DNA from: Candidatus Latescibacterota bacterium
GTDB lineage: Bacteria; Latescibacterota; UBA2968; UBA8231
Direction: 5' to 3'
Assembly: GCA_965248355.1 (NCBI GenBank)
Contig: OZ252098.1
Span: 4,640,001 to 4,704,000 of the forward strand
DNA: 64,000 nucleotides
Both the position numbers and the translations under genes were made by a program. Shown here piece by piece: positions 9,206 to 19,186 of this stretch. The notes under the pieces were generated by a model, which saw only the letters and a program-made list of their open reading frames with translations, searched no databases and was not told where the DNA came from. The first letter of the stretch is position 1. Each line of letters opens with the position of its first letter.

Positions 9206-10603
9206 ATGTACTCGAGGATCCTGAAGTTGTGGCTCGCCCCTGCGAAGTGGACGGCCAGCAAGGACCGCTCCGTACTCTCCGAGCACAGCCTGCTCCGCTA
9301 CGCGGCCTTCACCCTCCTGTACGCCGCCCAGGGATTCCCCTACGGTCTGCTCTCCGTTGCCGTGCCGGCCTACATGGCCCAGCAGGGACTCACCCCGGCC
9401 CAGATCGGCTCCTACATGGGCATCATCCTGCTGCCCTGGAGCCTGAAGCTGATCAACGGCCCCATCATGGACCGCTGGAGCTTCCTGGCCATGGGCCGCC
9501 GCCGGCCCTGGGTGCTGGCCGCCCAGGCGGGGATGATCGGCACCTCGCTGGTCCTGGTCATGTTGCCCGATCCACTCCAGCACCTCGCCTGGCTCACGGC
9601 CTGCGGCTTCGCCATCAACTTCTTCACCGCCTTCCAGGACGTGGCTACCGACGGCATGGCCATCGAGATCGTTCCGGTGGACGAGCAGCCGCGGGCCAAC
9701 AGCTTCATGTGGGGCGGCAAGGCCCTGGGCAAGTCCGGGGCGATCGCCGCCGGCGCCTGGCTGCTGGATGGCTATGGCCTGGCCGGCGCCATGGTGGCCC
9801 ATACCGCGGCGGTGGGCGTGGTGATGCTGGTGCCCCTGCTGCTGCGGGAGCGCCCGGGCGAGCGTCTGCTGCCGTGGACCCGGGGGCAGGCGTCGGAGAT
9901 AGCCCGCCACCTGCAGTTGGAGGGCTGGCGGGACATCGGACGGAGCCTGCTGAAGGTCTTCGTGTGGCCCGTCAGCCTGCGGGCCGCGGCCTGCATGTTC
10001 GTCTTCAACCTGGGGACCGGATTCCTCGACGCCCTGCTGCCGGTGCTCACCGTGCAGGAGCTGGGGTGGGACCACACCGACTACTCCGAGCTCAACGCCA
10101 CCTCCGGCGCCGTCTCCGCCGTCATCGGCGCGCTCACGGGGTGGATGCTGATCGAGCTCCTCGGCCGGCAGCGCACGATCGCCGCCGGCGCCGCCCTGCT
10201 CGGCCTGGCGTCGGTGGCCATGGCCCTGATGCCCGAGCTGTGGGCCCACAAGCTCACGGCGCAGGCCTACATCGCCGCCTACCTGCTGATGGACGTGCTC
10301 GTCACCATCGCCTTCCTGTCGCTGATGATGGCCATCTGCTGGCAGCGGGTGGGCGCCACCCAGTTCTCCCTGTACATGGCGATCTCCAACATGGGGACGT
10401 CGGCGGGCTCGGCGATGCTGGGGCCCCTGGAGGCCGCCTTCTCCTACCCGAACCTGTTCCTCGTCCCGGCGGCGTCGACCGCCATCGTCATCTTCCTCGC
10501 CCTGGGCGTCGACCTGGCGGGGCAGCGCCGGCGCCTGGTCGAGCTGAATGACGGCGGGGACCGATCCTCGGACCGGGCGCCCGATGCGCCCGGCAGGGCC
10601 TGA
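9206..10603 (+). CDS. AmpG-like (PAT family) MFS transporter
   Basis: LYAAQGFPYG, LPWSLK, GRRRPW, QDVATDG, GATQFSLYMAISN; many hydrophobic segments. Confidence 0.88.
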   Translation: MYSRILKLWLAPAKWTASKDRSVLSEHSLLRYAAFTLLYAAQGFPYGLLSVAVPAYMAQQGLTPAQIGSYMGIILLPWSLKLINGPIMDRWSFLAMGRRRPWVLAAQAGMIGTSLVLVMLPDPLQHLAWLTACGFAINFFTAFQDVATDGMAIEIVPVDEQPRANSFMWGGKALGKSGAIAAGAWLLDGYGLAGAMVAHTAAVGVVMLVPLLLRERPGERLLPWTRGQASEIARHLQLEGWRDIGRSLLKVFVWPVSLRAAACMFVFNLGTGFLDALLPVLTVQELGWDHTDYSELNATSGAVSAVIGALTGWMLIELLGRQRTIAAGAALLGLASVAMALMPELWAHKLTAQAYIAAYLLMDVLVTIAFLSLMMAICWQRVGATQFSLYMAISNMGTSAGSAMLGPLEAAFSYPNLFLVPAASTAIVIFLALGVDLAGQRRRLVELNDGGDRSSDRAPDAPGRA

Positions 10604-10702
10604 GCAGGCGGACAAGGCGGCCGGGCCTGGGCCGCAGCAGCGCCGACCCCGCCCCGCAACCGGGAGGCTTGCCATGAGGCTCATCGTGCGAGAAAGTAGA
10701 AG

Positions 10703-11644
10703 GTGCAGTACAACACTCTAGGCCGCACGGGCGTCAAAGTGTCGTCCCTGTGCTACGGTACGATGGCCTTTGGCGGCGATGCGGACGAGGCAACCTCCGG
10801 GCAGATGTATCGCTACTGCCGCGAGTTGGGCATCACTAACGGGCGTTCCGAGGAGATATTGGGCCGGTTGATCCAAGGCGAGCGCGACGAGTTGGTACTC
10901 AGTTCGAAAGTCTCCGCCGCCATGGGCGACGGCCCCAACGACCGAGGCTTGTCGCGGCGGCATATCGTGCAGGCCGTGGAGGCCAGTCTCAGGCGGTTGC
11001 AGACGGACCGCCTCGACCTGTATTTCGTCCACAGCTTCGACGAAGATACGCCGATGGAAGAAACCCTCGCCGCCCTCGACGACTTGGTGCGCGGCGGCAA
11101 AATCCTCTACCCGGCCGTGAGCAACTGGGCGGCCTGGCAGATTGCCAAAGCCCTCGGCCACTGCGCCCGCGAGGGGTTGGCACCCTTTGCGTGCATTCAG
11201 CCCATGTACAGCTTGGCCAAGCGACAAGTAGAAGTGGAAATCCTGCCACTGGCCCGCTCAGAGGGCCTGGGCGTGATTGCCTACAGCCCCTTGGGAGGCG
11301 GCTTGCTGACCGGCAAATACGGGATCGACAAGCGGCCCGAGCGGGGTCGTCTCTTGGAGAAGGACAACTACATCAAGCGCTACGCCAATCCCGTGTTCTA
11401 CGAAGTCGCCGAGCGCTTCGTGCGCTATGCCAGCGACCAGGGCGTACATCCGGCGACCCTGGCCGTCGCTTGGGCCATGGGGCATCCAGACGTGACCGCG
11501 CCGATTATCGGCGGGCGCGACCTGGACCAGCTGAAGCCATCGCTGGCCGCGCTCGACTTTGCCTTGTCGGACGAGATGCGTGCTGAAGTGTCGGCGCTTT
11601 CGATCGAACCGCCGCCAGCCACCGACCGCGACGAGGACAGTTGA
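10703..11644 (+). pseudogene. Aldo/keto reductase lacking the catalytic D..Y segment
   Basis: LGRTGVKVSSLCYGT, SLRRLQTDRLDLY, AYSPLGGGLLTGKY; GIT joins directly to NGRSEEILG without the conserved FFDxAxxY. Confidence 0.75.
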
Positions 11645-11647
11645 GCG

Positions 11648-12583
11648 TCATGTCGCTCCTGTTGCACGCCACGCCATCGTCGCCAGCAGGGCGGCGCCGA
11701 TGACGGGCGAATGCCTGGCGATGGGGCGCTGCGGCAAGCCCAGGCGTTGCGTCACCCGCTGCGAAAGCGCGTTGTCATTGTCGAGCAAGCCGCCGGCGAA
11801 AGCGATTGGCGCGTTCTCGTAGTTGAGGCGCGAGCGCATCAGATTGACCTGCCGGGCAAGTTGTTCGGCCGCCGATTCAACGCAGATTGCTGCCCACTTG
11901 CTGCAATCGGCCACCGCGTTGAGAACGAGTTCGGCGAGGCTTGCTATACGTGTGGCAGGCGCCTCCTTCGACCTGTATAGCCAAGCGATCAGCTCGCGCG
12001 GCTCCGTCAGGCCAAGCACGTCCATGCAAGCGCGGGTCAGCGCGTCGTCCTTGCTTGACGCGCCCTGGTCGTGCCGGGCAATGATGTGGCGTAAAAGCTG
12101 CGAACCAATCCAGTAGCCGCTGCCTTCATCGCCCAGCAGGTAGCCCCAGCCGCCGATTTGCAGGCGCTGCCCGCCTGGCGCGACGCCATAGATGGCGCTG
12201 CCGGTGCCGGCCAGGAGCAAGATGCCCTGGCGCTGCCCCAGAGAGCCAACCAAGGCGATCTCGAGATCGGAGCTGGGCACGATCAATGCGTCGGGCAGCG
12301 CCGGCTTTACGGTCTCGAGCAGCCAGTCTTCGCTGTGCAGGTTGGAAGCGCCGGCGAGGCCGATGGCTGCGGCGGCGATGTCCTGCGGCTGGAGGCGCGC
12401 TTGCCGCAAGGCGTCGGCGATCTTGTGTCGTATGAGGGTCCGGGCGTTGTCATGGCCGATGACACTCGGATTGGCGGCCGCGCTCTCAATCGAAGCGAGC
12501 GACCGGAGGTCCGCGTTGGTGATAGCGATACGGAGTTTGCTGCCGCCACCATCGATGCCCATGAAGAGCGGCTCGTTCATCAT
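11648..12583 (-). CDS. BadF/BadG/BcrA/BcrD-type N-acetylglucosamine/N-acetylmuramate kinase
   Basis: GIDGGGSK, LAGTGS, GGWGYLLGDEGSGYWIG. Confidence 0.88.
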   Translation of the reverse strand: MMNEPLFMGIDGGGSKLRIAITNADLRSLASIESAAANPSVIGHDNARTLIRHKIADALRQARLQPQDIAAAAIGLAGASNLHSEDWLLETVKPALPDALIVPSSDLEIALVGSLGQRQGILLLAGTGSAIYGVAPGGQRLQIGGWGYLLGDEGSGYWIGSQLLRHIIARHDQGASSKDDALTRACMDVLGLTEPRELIAWLYRSKEAPATRIASLAELVLNAVADCSKWAAICVESAAEQLARQVNLMRSRLNYENAPIAFAGGLLDNDNALSQRVTQRLGLPQRPIARHSPVIGAALLATMAWRATGAT

Positions 12584-12602
12584 GCGTCCAATGCCTCAGC
12601 GA

Positions 12603-13475
12603 TCAGGCCGTGGCTTTCCTCAGCGCTCCCCTGAACGCCTTCTCGATCTCGCCGCGTGCGACGATTGCGTCCTTCCACACGTCAGGAAAACAGTCGAGCG
12701 CATAGCCCGAACCCCTCGGCCCCAACTCGACGACCGCCCATAGCTCGGTGGCACCGCGCTGTCCCTTGACCCAGTTGTAGAGCAGGTGCTTGAGGAAGTT
12801 GTCGCGCCAAGTAACAAAATCCGCGTCCAGCACGCCGCGGCCATTGGTGACCGGTGTCTGGCAATGGCTGCCGGTAAAGGTGCGAAAGTGAATCAGCTCA
12901 CTCATCTTCAGCAAGTCAGGGCGGTATTCGGCAATGCGCTCCCAGAAGTCATCGGGCCGTAGCTGTTTGATGATCGCCGGATGCGAATGGTCGAAGTTCG
13001 TGCGCAGCTTTTCCTTGTAGCGCTTCTCGTACTGCTCGGCCAGCGCCAGTCCCTTCTCCGGCGTCTCAGTACACGTATCGCGGTGCCATTCGATCGCCGG
13101 TTTGAGCTTGAGCTTCTTGCCCGCCTGCATCACCGCCCGTGCCACCGTCACCGCCTTGGGAATCGCGGTGTCGTGGTCGCAGAGTTGGACGTTGATGTGC
13201 CTGGCACCGGCTTCCTTGAAGGCCGCCAGTTTCGGCCCGGCTTCTTCTACCGTGGCTATGTCGACTCCACCGACGAGCTGCAGCCCGTGCTTGGCGCAAG
13301 CCGCGGCGATCTCGGGATCAGCCCCGGCGCTGAAGCCGACAAAGCCAGCGTCCTTGGCCGCGCTGACTTTGCGGTCCATCGACCACTGCTCGTCCTCTGA
13401 GGGGTAATTGGTCAACGTCCATGCTGCAGCACAGAGCTTGAGTTGCGGTCTCTGAGCCTGCTTTCTCTTGGCCAT
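12603..13475 (-). CDS. Xylose isomerase-like TIM-barrel protein
   Basis: IEWHRDTCTETPE, NFDHSHP, ELGP. Confidence 0.75.
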   Translation of the reverse strand: MAKRKQAQRPQLKLCAAAWTLTNYPSEDEQWSMDRKVSAAKDAGFVGFSAGADPEIAAACAKHGLQLVGGVDIATVEEAGPKLAAFKEAGARHINVQLCDHDTAIPKAVTVARAVMQAGKKLKLKPAIEWHRDTCTETPEKGLALAEQYEKRYKEKLRTNFDHSHPAIIKQLRPDDFWERIAEYRPDLLKMSELIHFRTFTGSHCQTPVTNGRGVLDADFVTWRDNFLKHLLYNWVKGQRGATELWAVVELGPRGSGYALDCFPDVWKDAIVARGEIEKAFRGALRKATA

Positions 13476-13540
13476 GGTTCTCTCCTTTCCATGGAGAAAT
13501 CAAACGACAATCCGTTCTCCTCCGGGACACGACCGGCGCC

Positions 13541-14383
13541 TCACGCTTCGGCCGCCGCCAGCTTGTCATCCCAGGAGCGGTAGCGGCGGTGGGCGTCCTC
13601 CAGCGTGCCCTCCAGCACGAAGAGGATCCCCTGCCGCCGGACCTGGCGCTGCGGCTCGACCGGCCCGAACTCGGGGTCGGAGTGCAGGCAGCGGGCCCGC
13701 CCGGCGCCCAGAAACAGCCGCCGCGCCTGCCGCCACGCGTAGCCGAGCACGAAGCGCCCGTCGAGGGAGACCGCGAACACCGGCGGTTCCGTCAGCCGCC
13801 TCCGGGCCCCGCTCTTCATCGGCAGCTCCTCGCCGACCCAGCCGTAGAGGGAGTCGCGCCGCGGAGGAAAGGCCAACTCGGCCGCGGACACGAACCCCTC
13901 GTCGCTGCAGAGCCAGGTGCGGGTGTCGTCCGCGTCCAGGTAGTCGCGGGCTGCCGGGCGCTGCAGGCAGGTGCTGGTGACCACGCGCCCCCATGCCATC
14001 GGCCCGACATTCGTGATCGTGAGGTCGAGATCGATGTCGACGCCCCGCCACCGCACGCTGCAATCGATCAGCGCCAGGCCGTGGACCGTCTCGACGCTCC
14101 GCAGGGTCTTGCGGAGCGCCCTGCCGCCCTTCATGTCCCCCATCGACTCGTTCACGTAGCGCCAGGAGGGTTGGGATTCGAACGTGTGCTCCCACAGCAG
14201 GTTGTCCCCGGCGTCGCAGGCCTGGAGCGACTCCGGAAACCACAGGCGCAGGAGATTGGCCGGCGCCGCGCGCTCGGGCGCGATCCGCGGCTCGTTCACG
14301 TGGATGTCAAGGGTGGTGGGCGCGTAGACGTTGAGCTGCTGGTGAGGGGTCTGTGCAGACCGCGCTCCGCTGTTCTCAGCCAT
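13541..14383 (-). CDS. Hypothetical protein (predicted beta-rich; ends CLHSDPEFG)
   Basis: Long ORF with coding-like composition; no family recognised. Confidence 0.55.
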   Translation of the reverse strand: MAENSGARSAQTPHQQLNVYAPTTLDIHVNEPRIAPERAAPANLLRLWFPESLQACDAGDNLLWEHTFESQPSWRYVNESMGDMKGGRALRKTLRSVETVHGLALIDCSVRWRGVDIDLDLTITNVGPMAWGRVVTSTCLQRPAARDYLDADDTRTWLCSDEGFVSAAELAFPPRRDSLYGWVGEELPMKSGARRRLTEPPVFAVSLDGRFVLGYAWRQARRLFLGAGRARCLHSDPEFGPVEPQRQVRRQGILFVLEGTLEDAHRRYRSWDDKLAAAEA

Positions 14384-14573
14384 GGCCGTTGGGGCTCCGA
14401 TCATACCCGGGGGCGCGTCCGTCGCACGAACCTTGCCGGTGGGGGTGCGCAGCGCTAACGTCGGATGCCATGCCCGACTACCGTTCCGACGTTCCGCGAT
14501 TCAGAAGTATACTATGCCGTTGTCTGAGAACGTGCGCAAGGGTCCATCAGGGTCCCTGATGAAAGGAGAAGAG

Positions 14574-16016
14574 ATGATCGACGAGAAGATGGAAAGCTAC
14601 CTTGCCGATTGGGCCAAGCGGGAGGAGGTCGCCGAGTCCATGGTCCCGCTCATCGGCAAACTCTATCGGGATTGCGGCGTGGTCACCACGATCTACGGCC
14701 GCTCCCTGGTGCACAACTCCACGATCGACATCCTCAAGGCTCATCGCTTTGCTCGCCAGGTGATCAAGGACGAACTCTGCATGTCTTCGAGCTTTGCGGT
14801 CCTCCAGGCCCTGTCCCGGCTGGATCTGGCCCCGACGCGGATAGATATCGGCAAGTTGACTACCAGGTTCCAGGAAAGTAAAGCGAACGGGGATGTGGAC
14901 GCTTTTGTGCGCCGGGAATTGGCTGAGATCAATGGCGCGAAGACGCTGCTGGACAAGCCGCAGGACGTGGTGCTCTACGGCTTCGGCCGGGTCGGACGCA
15001 TACTGGCGCGGATCCTGATCGCACGCAGCGGCGGGGGGGACAAATGGCGGCTGCGGGCCGTGGTGGTGCGCACGGGCTCGGAGGACGACCTGGTGAAACG
15101 GGCCAGTCTCCTGCGGCGAGACTCCATTCACGGCCCCTTCAGGGGGACCATCGTCATGGACCAGGAAGAAAACGCCATCGTCGCCAATGGCAACATGATC
15201 CGCCTCCTCTATTCAGACACCCCAGAGGACGTGGATTACAGCACCTACGGCATCGAAAACGCCATTGTACTCGACAACACCGGTGTCTGGCGGGACCGCG
15301 AGGGCCTCGAGCGCCACCTCCAGGCCCCAGGGGTCGCCAAGGTCGTCCTGACCGCACCCGGCAAAGGCGATGTTCCCAACATAGTCTACGGCATCAACAA
15401 CGATTGCATTGTGGAGGAAGAGCGGATCCTCTCCGCCGGCAGCTGCACCACCAATGCCATCGCGCCGGTGCTCAAGGTCGTGCATGATCGCTACGGCATC
15501 GCCAGCGTCCACATCGAGACCTGCCATTCCTACACCAACGACCAGAATCTCATCGACAACTATCACAAGCACGAGCGGCGGGGGCGCGGAGCACCGCTGA
15601 ACATGGTCATAACAGACACCGGGGCGGCCAGCGCCGTGGCCAAGGTCCTGCCGGAATTGAAAGGCAGGCTCACGGCCAATGCCATTCGCGTGCCCACCCC
15701 CAATGTCTCCCTCGCCATTCTGAATTTGAACCTGGAACGGGAAGTCGGCACAGAGGAGATCAATACCTACCTGCGGGATATCTCTCTCGATGTGCCCCTG
15801 GGAGGCCAGATCGATTTTACGAGCTCGCCTGAGGTGGTATCGAGCGACTTCGTCGGCAATGAGAAAGCCGGTATCGTCGACTCGGGAGCGACCATTACCC
15901 AAGGCAAACGCTGCGTGCTGTACGTGTGGTACGACAACGAGTACGGGTACAGCGCCCAGGTGATCCGCATCCTGCAGCACATATCCGGTCTCGAACTGCC
16001 CCACTTTCCCAAGTGA
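14574..16016 (+). CDS. gap: Glyceraldehyde-3-phosphate dehydrogenase, long form with N-terminal extension
   Basis: GFGRVGR, catalytic SCTTN, AIRVPTPNVS, WYDNEYGYS; AAGGAG RBS. Confidence 0.93.
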   Translation: MIDEKMESYLADWAKREEVAESMVPLIGKLYRDCGVVTTIYGRSLVHNSTIDILKAHRFARQVIKDELCMSSSFAVLQALSRLDLAPTRIDIGKLTTRFQESKANGDVDAFVRRELAEINGAKTLLDKPQDVVLYGFGRVGRILARILIARSGGGDKWRLRAVVVRTGSEDDLVKRASLLRRDSIHGPFRGTIVMDQEENAIVANGNMIRLLYSDTPEDVDYSTYGIENAIVLDNTGVWRDREGLERHLQAPGVAKVVLTAPGKGDVPNIVYGINNDCIVEEERILSAGSCTTNAIAPVLKVVHDRYGIASVHIETCHSYTNDQNLIDNYHKHERRGRGAPLNMVITDTGAASAVAKVLPELKGRLTANAIRVPTPNVSLAILNLNLEREVGTEEINTYLRDISLDVPLGGQIDFTSSPEVVSSDFVGNEKAGIVDSGATITQGKRCVLYVWYDNEYGYSAQVIRILQHISGLELPHFPK

Positions 16017-16076
16017 AGACATGCGGGCCAGCAGGGCCCTCCAGCCCAGGCGATGGGCGCAGGGCGGAGCGCTCGC

Positions 16077-17402
16077 CTATCCGCCGCTCTGGATCTCCCG
16101 GGCGACGGCCTGCACCTCGTCCAGCACCCTGAGCAGGTTTCCGCTCCAGAGCATGCCGATTTCCTCCTCGGTATAGCCCCTGCGCACCAGCTCGAGCGTC
16201 ACGTTGAAGGTCTCGGACGCATCGTCCCATCCGGCGACCCCACCGCCTCCGTCGAAGTCGGAGCTGATTCCCACGTACTCCAGACCGATGAGCCCGACGA
16301 GGTAGTCGATGTGGTCCACGAAGTCGGAGACGTCCACCGGCGGCGCCACCGAGTTCACCTCCGCCTCCATCCGCGCCGCTACCGCCGCCTCGAGCTCGGC
16401 CATCCTCGCCTGGTAGGTGTCCCTGTCTTCAGCGCTCATGTCGCGAAGCGCAGACCCGTCGACGAGCTCGAAATCCATCTCCTCGGCGACCTTGCTGTGG
16501 AGAGCAGCGATCGCCTCCCGGTGGGCCGCATTCTTCTCAGGGGCGACGTAGTCCCTGAAGGCCACGGTCTGCACGACCCCGCCGTTCTCCTTGAGGGCGA
16601 GCAGTTGCTCATCGTCCAAGTTGCGGCTGTGATCGGCGAGAGCGCGGGCCGAGGAGTGCGAGGCGATCACGGGGGCTTGGGACAGCTCGAGCATTTCCAT
16701 GATCGCCGGCTTGGAGGGGTGGGAGATGTCGACCATGATCCCCCACTTGTTCATCTCGGCCACCGCCTGCCGACCGAGGTCACTCAACCCGTTGTGGAGC
16801 CAGTCGCCATCCCTCTCGCCCGTGTTGGAGTCGGCGAACTGACTGTGCCCGTTGTGGGCCAAGGACATGTAGCGGCCCCCCAGCTCCTGGAATTCCCGGA
16901 TGTTGTCGAGGTCGAGGCCGACCTGATAGGCGTTCTCGATGGCAATCATCGCGACCTTCTTGCCCGAAGCTGCGATCCTCCGGACGTCGTCGGAGGTGTA
17001 GGCCAGCTCGATGCGGTCGGGCGCCTTCTCCTCGGCAAACCAGCGGATGGCGTTGAACTTGCCCATGGCGAATTGGTGGGCCTCGGCATACCCGGCCTCG
17101 GTCAGAGGACCCTGACCCACGAACACCACGAACCAGGCCACGTCAAGCCCTCCCTCCTCCATCTTTGGGAGGGTGACCTGGGTGGGAAGGTCCATAGTGT
17201 AGTTCCGCTCCTCGGTGAAGTTGGCAACGTTGATGTCGGCGTGCGTGTCGAGGGTGATCACGCGGTCGTGAATCCCCCTGGCACGCTCAATGAGCTGCTC
17301 CTCAGTCTCCTCCTGCCCTCCCTCGTCGGCCATGCCGAACGACGCGAGGGGGAGCATCACGAGCAGGAAGGTCAGTGGGGAGAGGTATCTCTTCGTCGTC
17401 AT
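16077..17402 (-). CDS. Membrane dipeptidase (peptidase M19), secreted
   Basis: Signal peptide; DTHAD, AIEN, VDISH, IASHSS, DHIDYLV, GISSDFDGGG. Confidence 0.92.
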   Translation of the reverse strand: MTTKRYLSPLTFLLVMLPLASFGMADEGGQEETEEQLIERARGIHDRVITLDTHADINVANFTEERNYTMDLPTQVTLPKMEEGGLDVAWFVVFVGQGPLTEAGYAEAHQFAMGKFNAIRWFAEEKAPDRIELAYTSDDVRRIAASGKKVAMIAIENAYQVGLDLDNIREFQELGGRYMSLAHNGHSQFADSNTGERDGDWLHNGLSDLGRQAVAEMNKWGIMVDISHPSKPAIMEMLELSQAPVIASHSSARALADHSRNLDDEQLLALKENGGVVQTVAFRDYVAPEKNAAHREAIAALHSKVAEEMDFELVDGSALRDMSAEDRDTYQARMAELEAAVAARMEAEVNSVAPPVDVSDFVDHIDYLVGLIGLEYVGISSDFDGGGGVAGWDDASETFNVTLELVRRGYTEEEIGMLWSGNLLRVLDEVQAVAREIQSGG

Positions 17403-17429
17403 CGGTCCTTGCCCCGGTTGTGGTGCGTG

Positions 17430-17560
17430 TGAGATGTGGCCCCACTCGGACGTCCCGTCTTCGACATTCATGATCGCGGCGGCCGCCTCTGGTGAAATGT
17501 CCCAGATCGCCACCTTGGCGCCTGCGCGGGCGAGGCTGCGGGCGATCTCGCCGCAGCAAA
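17430..17560 (-). pseudogene. SDR oxidoreductase N-terminal fragment
   Basis: LCCGEIARSLARAGAKVAIWD Rossmann-type segment only. Confidence 0.5.
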
Positions 17561-18042
17561 GCCGATGTCCCGGAGCCCCTGCACGATGCGCGGATAGTCG
17601 AGGCTCCCCTGACCGGGTATCTTGTGGTCCCAGTCGGGATAGGTGCCGATGTGGTCCTTGAGATGGGCGTGTACGATGCACCCCTGCCACTGGCGGGCGA
17701 CCGCGACCGGATCCAGGCCGAGGAGCGTCAAATAGCACGGATCGAAATTGACGCCAAAGGACGCGCTGCCGACCCCTTGAGGTCGAGCGGTTCGTCGGTA
17801 AAGAGCGAGTTGGCGAGATTGGCGTGGGTGATGACGGCTTCGATGGTGAGGCCCAGCCGCTCGGCAATGCTCCGCGTCTGCGCGCGCAACTCGGGCGTCA
17901 CCGAGCGCGGATCCGCCGACGGCCCGTGGGTGCCCGAAATGTCGATGCCGTCGTAGCCGGTAGCGGCGATTTTGCCCAGTGTCGGCTCAAGTGGCATTTC
18001 AAGCCGGTCGGTGTAGCTATAGGTGTAAAAGGCAAGGCGCAT
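17555..18042 (-). pseudogene. Sugar phosphate isomerase/epimerase (TIM barrel), internally deleted and frameshifted
   Basis: IAATGYDGIDIS...; junction near 17765 into FGVNFDPCY...VHAHLKD...PGQGSLDY. Confidence 0.7.
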
Positions 18043-18069
18043 AGCTCAAATTAGCAGAGGAGGCACGGC

Positions 18070-19152
18070 ATGGCACAACCGTTGGGCGAGGCGTACAGAC
18101 AGATTGCGGCGACGCAGCCGCGCGGAACGTATCGCGGCGCAGTGGTCGGCTGCGGACGGATGGGCAGCACTATCGACGACGAGCACCTCGGGATGCCGCA
18201 CTATCCGTGGCCGTGGGCACACGCCCCGGCCATGATCGAAGCGCGGGGCATTGAGCTGATCGGCGGGGCCGACGTGGACCGAGCCAAGTTGGACGACTTT
18301 GCCCAGCGCTGGGGCGTGGACGCCCTGTACGAAGACTACCGCGAGTTGGTCGCCCAGGAGCAGCCCGACGTAGTCGCGGTGACGACGCGGCCCGACGAGC
18401 GAGCCGAGGTGGTCATCGGTCTGGCCGAGGCCGGAGTGCGGGCTGTCTTTGCCACCAAGCCGATGTGCCGCACCTTGGCCGAAGCCGATACCATGATCGC
18501 GGCGTGCAAGGCAAAGGGCACCATTCTGTCCATCGCCTGTCATCTCAACTGGTACAGCTGGTACACCAATGCGCGGCAGGCCATGGCTGACGGAGCGATT
18601 GGCCGGTTGCGCTCCATGGTCTGCCACAGCCCGCACAGCCTGTCGAATCTGCAGAGCCATACGCTGGCCTTGTTTCGGCTGTTTGCCGGAGCGCCGGCCG
18701 AGTGGGTGATGGGCGAGATGGACGACGAGGAGCAGGCCGCGGCCGACCGGGATCTGTCCGGATCGGGCTACATTGCCTACGCCAATGGTGTGCGCGGTTT
18801 CTTGAACTCCCGCGCCGACCGCTCGGGGCGTGCTTGGACTTTGGAGTTTATCGGCGAGCGCGGGAGGATCGTCTCGCGCAACGCCCACGCGCAATTCGAG
18901 CTGTGGGGAGCGCACCCGGAGACCGGCGAGCCGATCCAGCGGCCATTTCCCAACCCGTGGCACCCGCGCTCGTCCATGGTCGATGCGATGGAGGGCGTCT
19001 GTCGGGCGATTGAGGAGGGGGAAGAGCGGATTTGTCCAGGAGAATTCGGGCGCGAGGCGCTGGAAGTCGCCATTGGCTTGCGCGAGTCGCATCGGCAGGG
19101 CCATGGGCGGGTGGATTTGCCGCTGGCGGATCGGGAACTGCGGATGGGATAG
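18070..19152 (+). CDS. Gfo/Idh/MocA family oxidoreductase
   Basis: VVGCGRMG, YEDYRELV...PDVVAV, ATKP. Confidence 0.88.
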   Translation: MAQPLGEAYRQIAATQPRGTYRGAVVGCGRMGSTIDDEHLGMPHYPWPWAHAPAMIEARGIELIGGADVDRAKLDDFAQRWGVDALYEDYRELVAQEQPDVVAVTTRPDERAEVVIGLAEAGVRAVFATKPMCRTLAEADTMIAACKAKGTILSIACHLNWYSWYTNARQAMADGAIGRLRSMVCHSPHSLSNLQSHTLALFRLFAGAPAEWVMGEMDDEEQAAADRDLSGSGYIAYANGVRGFLNSRADRSGRAWTLEFIGERGRIVSRNAHAQFELWGAHPETGEPIQRPFPNPWHPRSSMVDAMEGVCRAIEEGEERICPGEFGREALEVAIGLRESHRQGHGRVDLPLADRELRMG

Positions 19153-19186
19153 CAGGCGTGTCAACACGTCGGGCGGCGCGAATCGG

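Noticed and set aside
14451..14497. Integron attC site
   Set aside because: The ends do not fit RYYYAAC/GTTRRRY, it is single-copy, and no integrase is present.
16077..17867. 596-aa dipeptidase fusion protein
   Set aside because: The upstream part is pseudogene debris; the signal peptide begins at the ATG at 17402.
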